From Vicugna vicugna (lineage: Eukaryota): a stretch of DNA of 64,000 nucleotides. Below the pieces are notes generated by a model. The model was not told the origin of the DNA, ran no database searches, and was given only the letters and a program-made list of their open reading frames with translations. The stretch is from assembly GCA_013265495.1 (NCBI GenBank), contig MU057744.1, positions 2,741,370-2,805,369 on the forward strand, written 5' to 3'. This document shows, piece after piece, positions 61,451 to 64,000 of this stretch (within the stretch, counting starts at the first letter, position 1; every line of letters starts with the position of its first letter). The position numbers were made by a program, and so were the translations under genes.

Positions 61451-64000
61451 GAGGGAGACAGTCAAGGGAAAGGAGTGCACCCTGACCGAGGCTTTGGTCA
61501 AAACAACGACAAGAGAAAGAGATGGATGGTGGAGGCAGACCCCTCACTGGGTGGGCGGACGTCACTGGACATCACTGAAACCTTCGCACCGTCATCTCAC
61601 CAGTGAGGGAAGGGTCAGGGGAAAATAAAGACTGAAGACTAAAGCGTGCCGCTTTTTAAAAGTTTAGCAACGAGGTGATTTAAAAAACTCAGGAGTGGAG
61701 GCAGTGAGGGTAGCTGGAGAAGGTTTTCGTCGTGTCTCCGGGTGTTGTGTTGTCTGGGAACACAGAGCTGTTGCAGGCGTCCCCTCTAACACGATGGGAA
61801 CTGCAATAGGAAGATGAGGTGAACATGTTAGCAGAAGGGAAGATGTGTGAAAAGCGAATCTTCCATCTAATTAACAATGTAATTACGTACGAAAATACCG
61901 ACTCTGTGGAACGTAAGCAGAATTGTGAGATGAGTGTGATTACATCTCAACGTTCTAACGGCACATCAGATCCAGAATATTTTCAGTAGCACTTAAATCT
62001 TCAAAGCTGACTCCATTATTCAAGTGGACTTTGATGCTCCCAGCACAGTACCTCGTTATTTCCTGTGTTCACACAAGATGTATACGAATATTAAATAAAA
62101 TCAAGTGGGAGCTGTCTTCAAGAAAGGGAGCTTTGGCCTGTCGTTGGCAGATGAGATGGGTTAATAACCACTGTTTTAGCTTAAATACGAACTCTGCGTT
62201 TGGGCGTCGAACAAGAAGAACTTTCTGGACTAGCCTCTAACAGACAAGAACTCTTCACACTGCTGACTCAACAAATGCATGAGCTGGGGACCAGTTACGG
62301 TTTGAAAACATGCTCAGTCTTTCGGATGAAATGTGTACCCGAACTGTTCATGTCGGTAACTGCTGACGTCAAATTAAGACTTGTTTGAAGTTAATCGGGG
62401 AGTCCATTTTATCACTGATCTATCACTGCCAAGTTTCTCCAAGTTCAGCATTATTTGTGTTGGATTAAATGATTATCCTCTGCTGTTTCGTTAAACACCG
62501 AGTAACCACTGACCAGCTGTGCTAATTTTCGTGGTAGCACTGGGTTAGTTCACTAGATACGTCACTGTCCATGATCCTGATTCTAGAACAATTCTGTTGT
62601 CAAAATCAGATACTTTAGCAATAAAAAAAAAACTGGTAGAGTTCATGATTTCTAATATTGAAAATATTTGAGTCAGTCCAAATGGGAAATCTGAGAGTAA
62701 TAAAGGCGAACATGAGAAGCTGATAATAGAAATGGATAATCGAACAATTACCCAACAGACTGCCGTCCTCCCAGCAGTGCCTGTGGTGAGCGGAGGACTG
62801 GGCCCTGCGTCCCTGCCCTGCCCGGCCCTGCCCTGCGGCGTGGGGTTCTGCGAGAAGCTCAGGTGCCCTCTGGGTGCGCTAATCCTGACACATCTCCATG
62901 AAAAGACTGGTGGCTTCTCCCCTTAAATTACGCAGGACTACTCTTCGTTTCCAGCTGTAGTGTTTTATTCTTAAACTTAAAATAGCAGAACATCTCCCCG
63001 TCCCAGCAGACTGCGGCGTTTCGCCTCTCGTGTATCCCCAGATCGACATCTTCAGACTTGTTCCCTTTAAATGTCCTGGTCTCCACTCATTTTCAGTCAC
63101 GGCCTTTCATTCTTACTTTTTTCCACGCTGAACCAAACCGATGTTTCCTACCCTTTTGCTTAATGTTTGTTCCCGCGCGTTTCATTCACTAACTAGAGAA
63201 CAGTTTCCAGGGATCTCTTAGAAACGGACGTAAGGAATGGAGCCAAAACGTGATGCCGCTGTCACAGCTGAAGCTGACCCACGTCCTCTAATCCGTGTGA
63301 GAGGACAGTCCATGCGCGTTTGCCGTATCTACATCCGGTATTTCCCGTCGCACAGGTAGTGCAAGAATTAGGAAAGTACGTATCCTAGCAATTTACTTGA
63401 TTCAAAAGAAAAACAAAATTCTTCTAAATACCAAATAATTTCAACAGCCGCAGAAGAAACGTCTCTTACCGCTGAAGTATTGTTCCGGACTAGACCTGTT
63501 ACCTCGGAGAGCCAACTTGGGTGAAGTGACAGAGAAGCTGACAGTTTGTCCCAAAGTTTGATGTTAATAACTGCTCTGCGTTAAACAGTCACCACGGCAG
63601 CCGTGTCATTGTTCAGTGTTGCTCCCGCAGTGTGTGCATACGTGGTGCACACTACAGCGTGTAAACACATGTTCAAGGCAGCTGTGTTAAATGCTAGCAC
63701 GTTCAGCAAGCTTTCCTTAGAGTTTAGCTTAGTGTTCTCACGTCTTCAGTGTGGTCCATGTTAGAAATCAAGAGCAAAGTAGTAAGTAAAATACGAGGAA
63801 GTGTGAACTAATAGAGCACCTTCTTTGAAAGGATGAAATCTGAACAGAGGCTAAACCGCAGTGAAATTAATGAAAATAAGCAAAAAAAATACAGAACTCT
63901 GTATAAATACATGGTTTCTGCATTCCTTTGCTTTGACGGCCATGAGGAGGAGATGAGAGTTTAATGCATCATTCCAGGGCAGTCACCTCTGTCTTCCTCC

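Overview
This is mammalian genomic DNA, almost certainly camelid (alpaca or camel), judged from Vic-1-type tRNA-derived SINEs and lineage-specific L1 3' ends. It comes from a gapped draft assembly. Much of it is interspersed repeat: L1, L2, MIR, MaLR/MLT1, ERV LTRs, Tigger1/2 and MER58A. None of the long ORFs in the track is a credible host gene. Reading splice signals on the minus strand reveals about 18-20 co-oriented exon-like segments between ~26.2 kb and the left edge. They belong to a gene I cannot name. Its 5' and most 3' exons carry stops, frameshifts, a tandem duplication and a Tigger2 insertion, but ten central exons, including a 15-nt microexon, splice into a stop-free 160-codon frame. 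Other notable signals: (1) ancient AT-rich repeats locally converted into CpG-rich islands, the pattern expected from GC-biased gene conversion; (2) a near-identical 4-kb tandem duplication across an assembly gap, probably two haplotypes; (3) an LTR with a CCAAT/octamer array; (4) a two-LTR MLT1 provirus. All repeat family calls are by eye against remembered consensus sequences and need RepeatMasker/Dfam confirmation.
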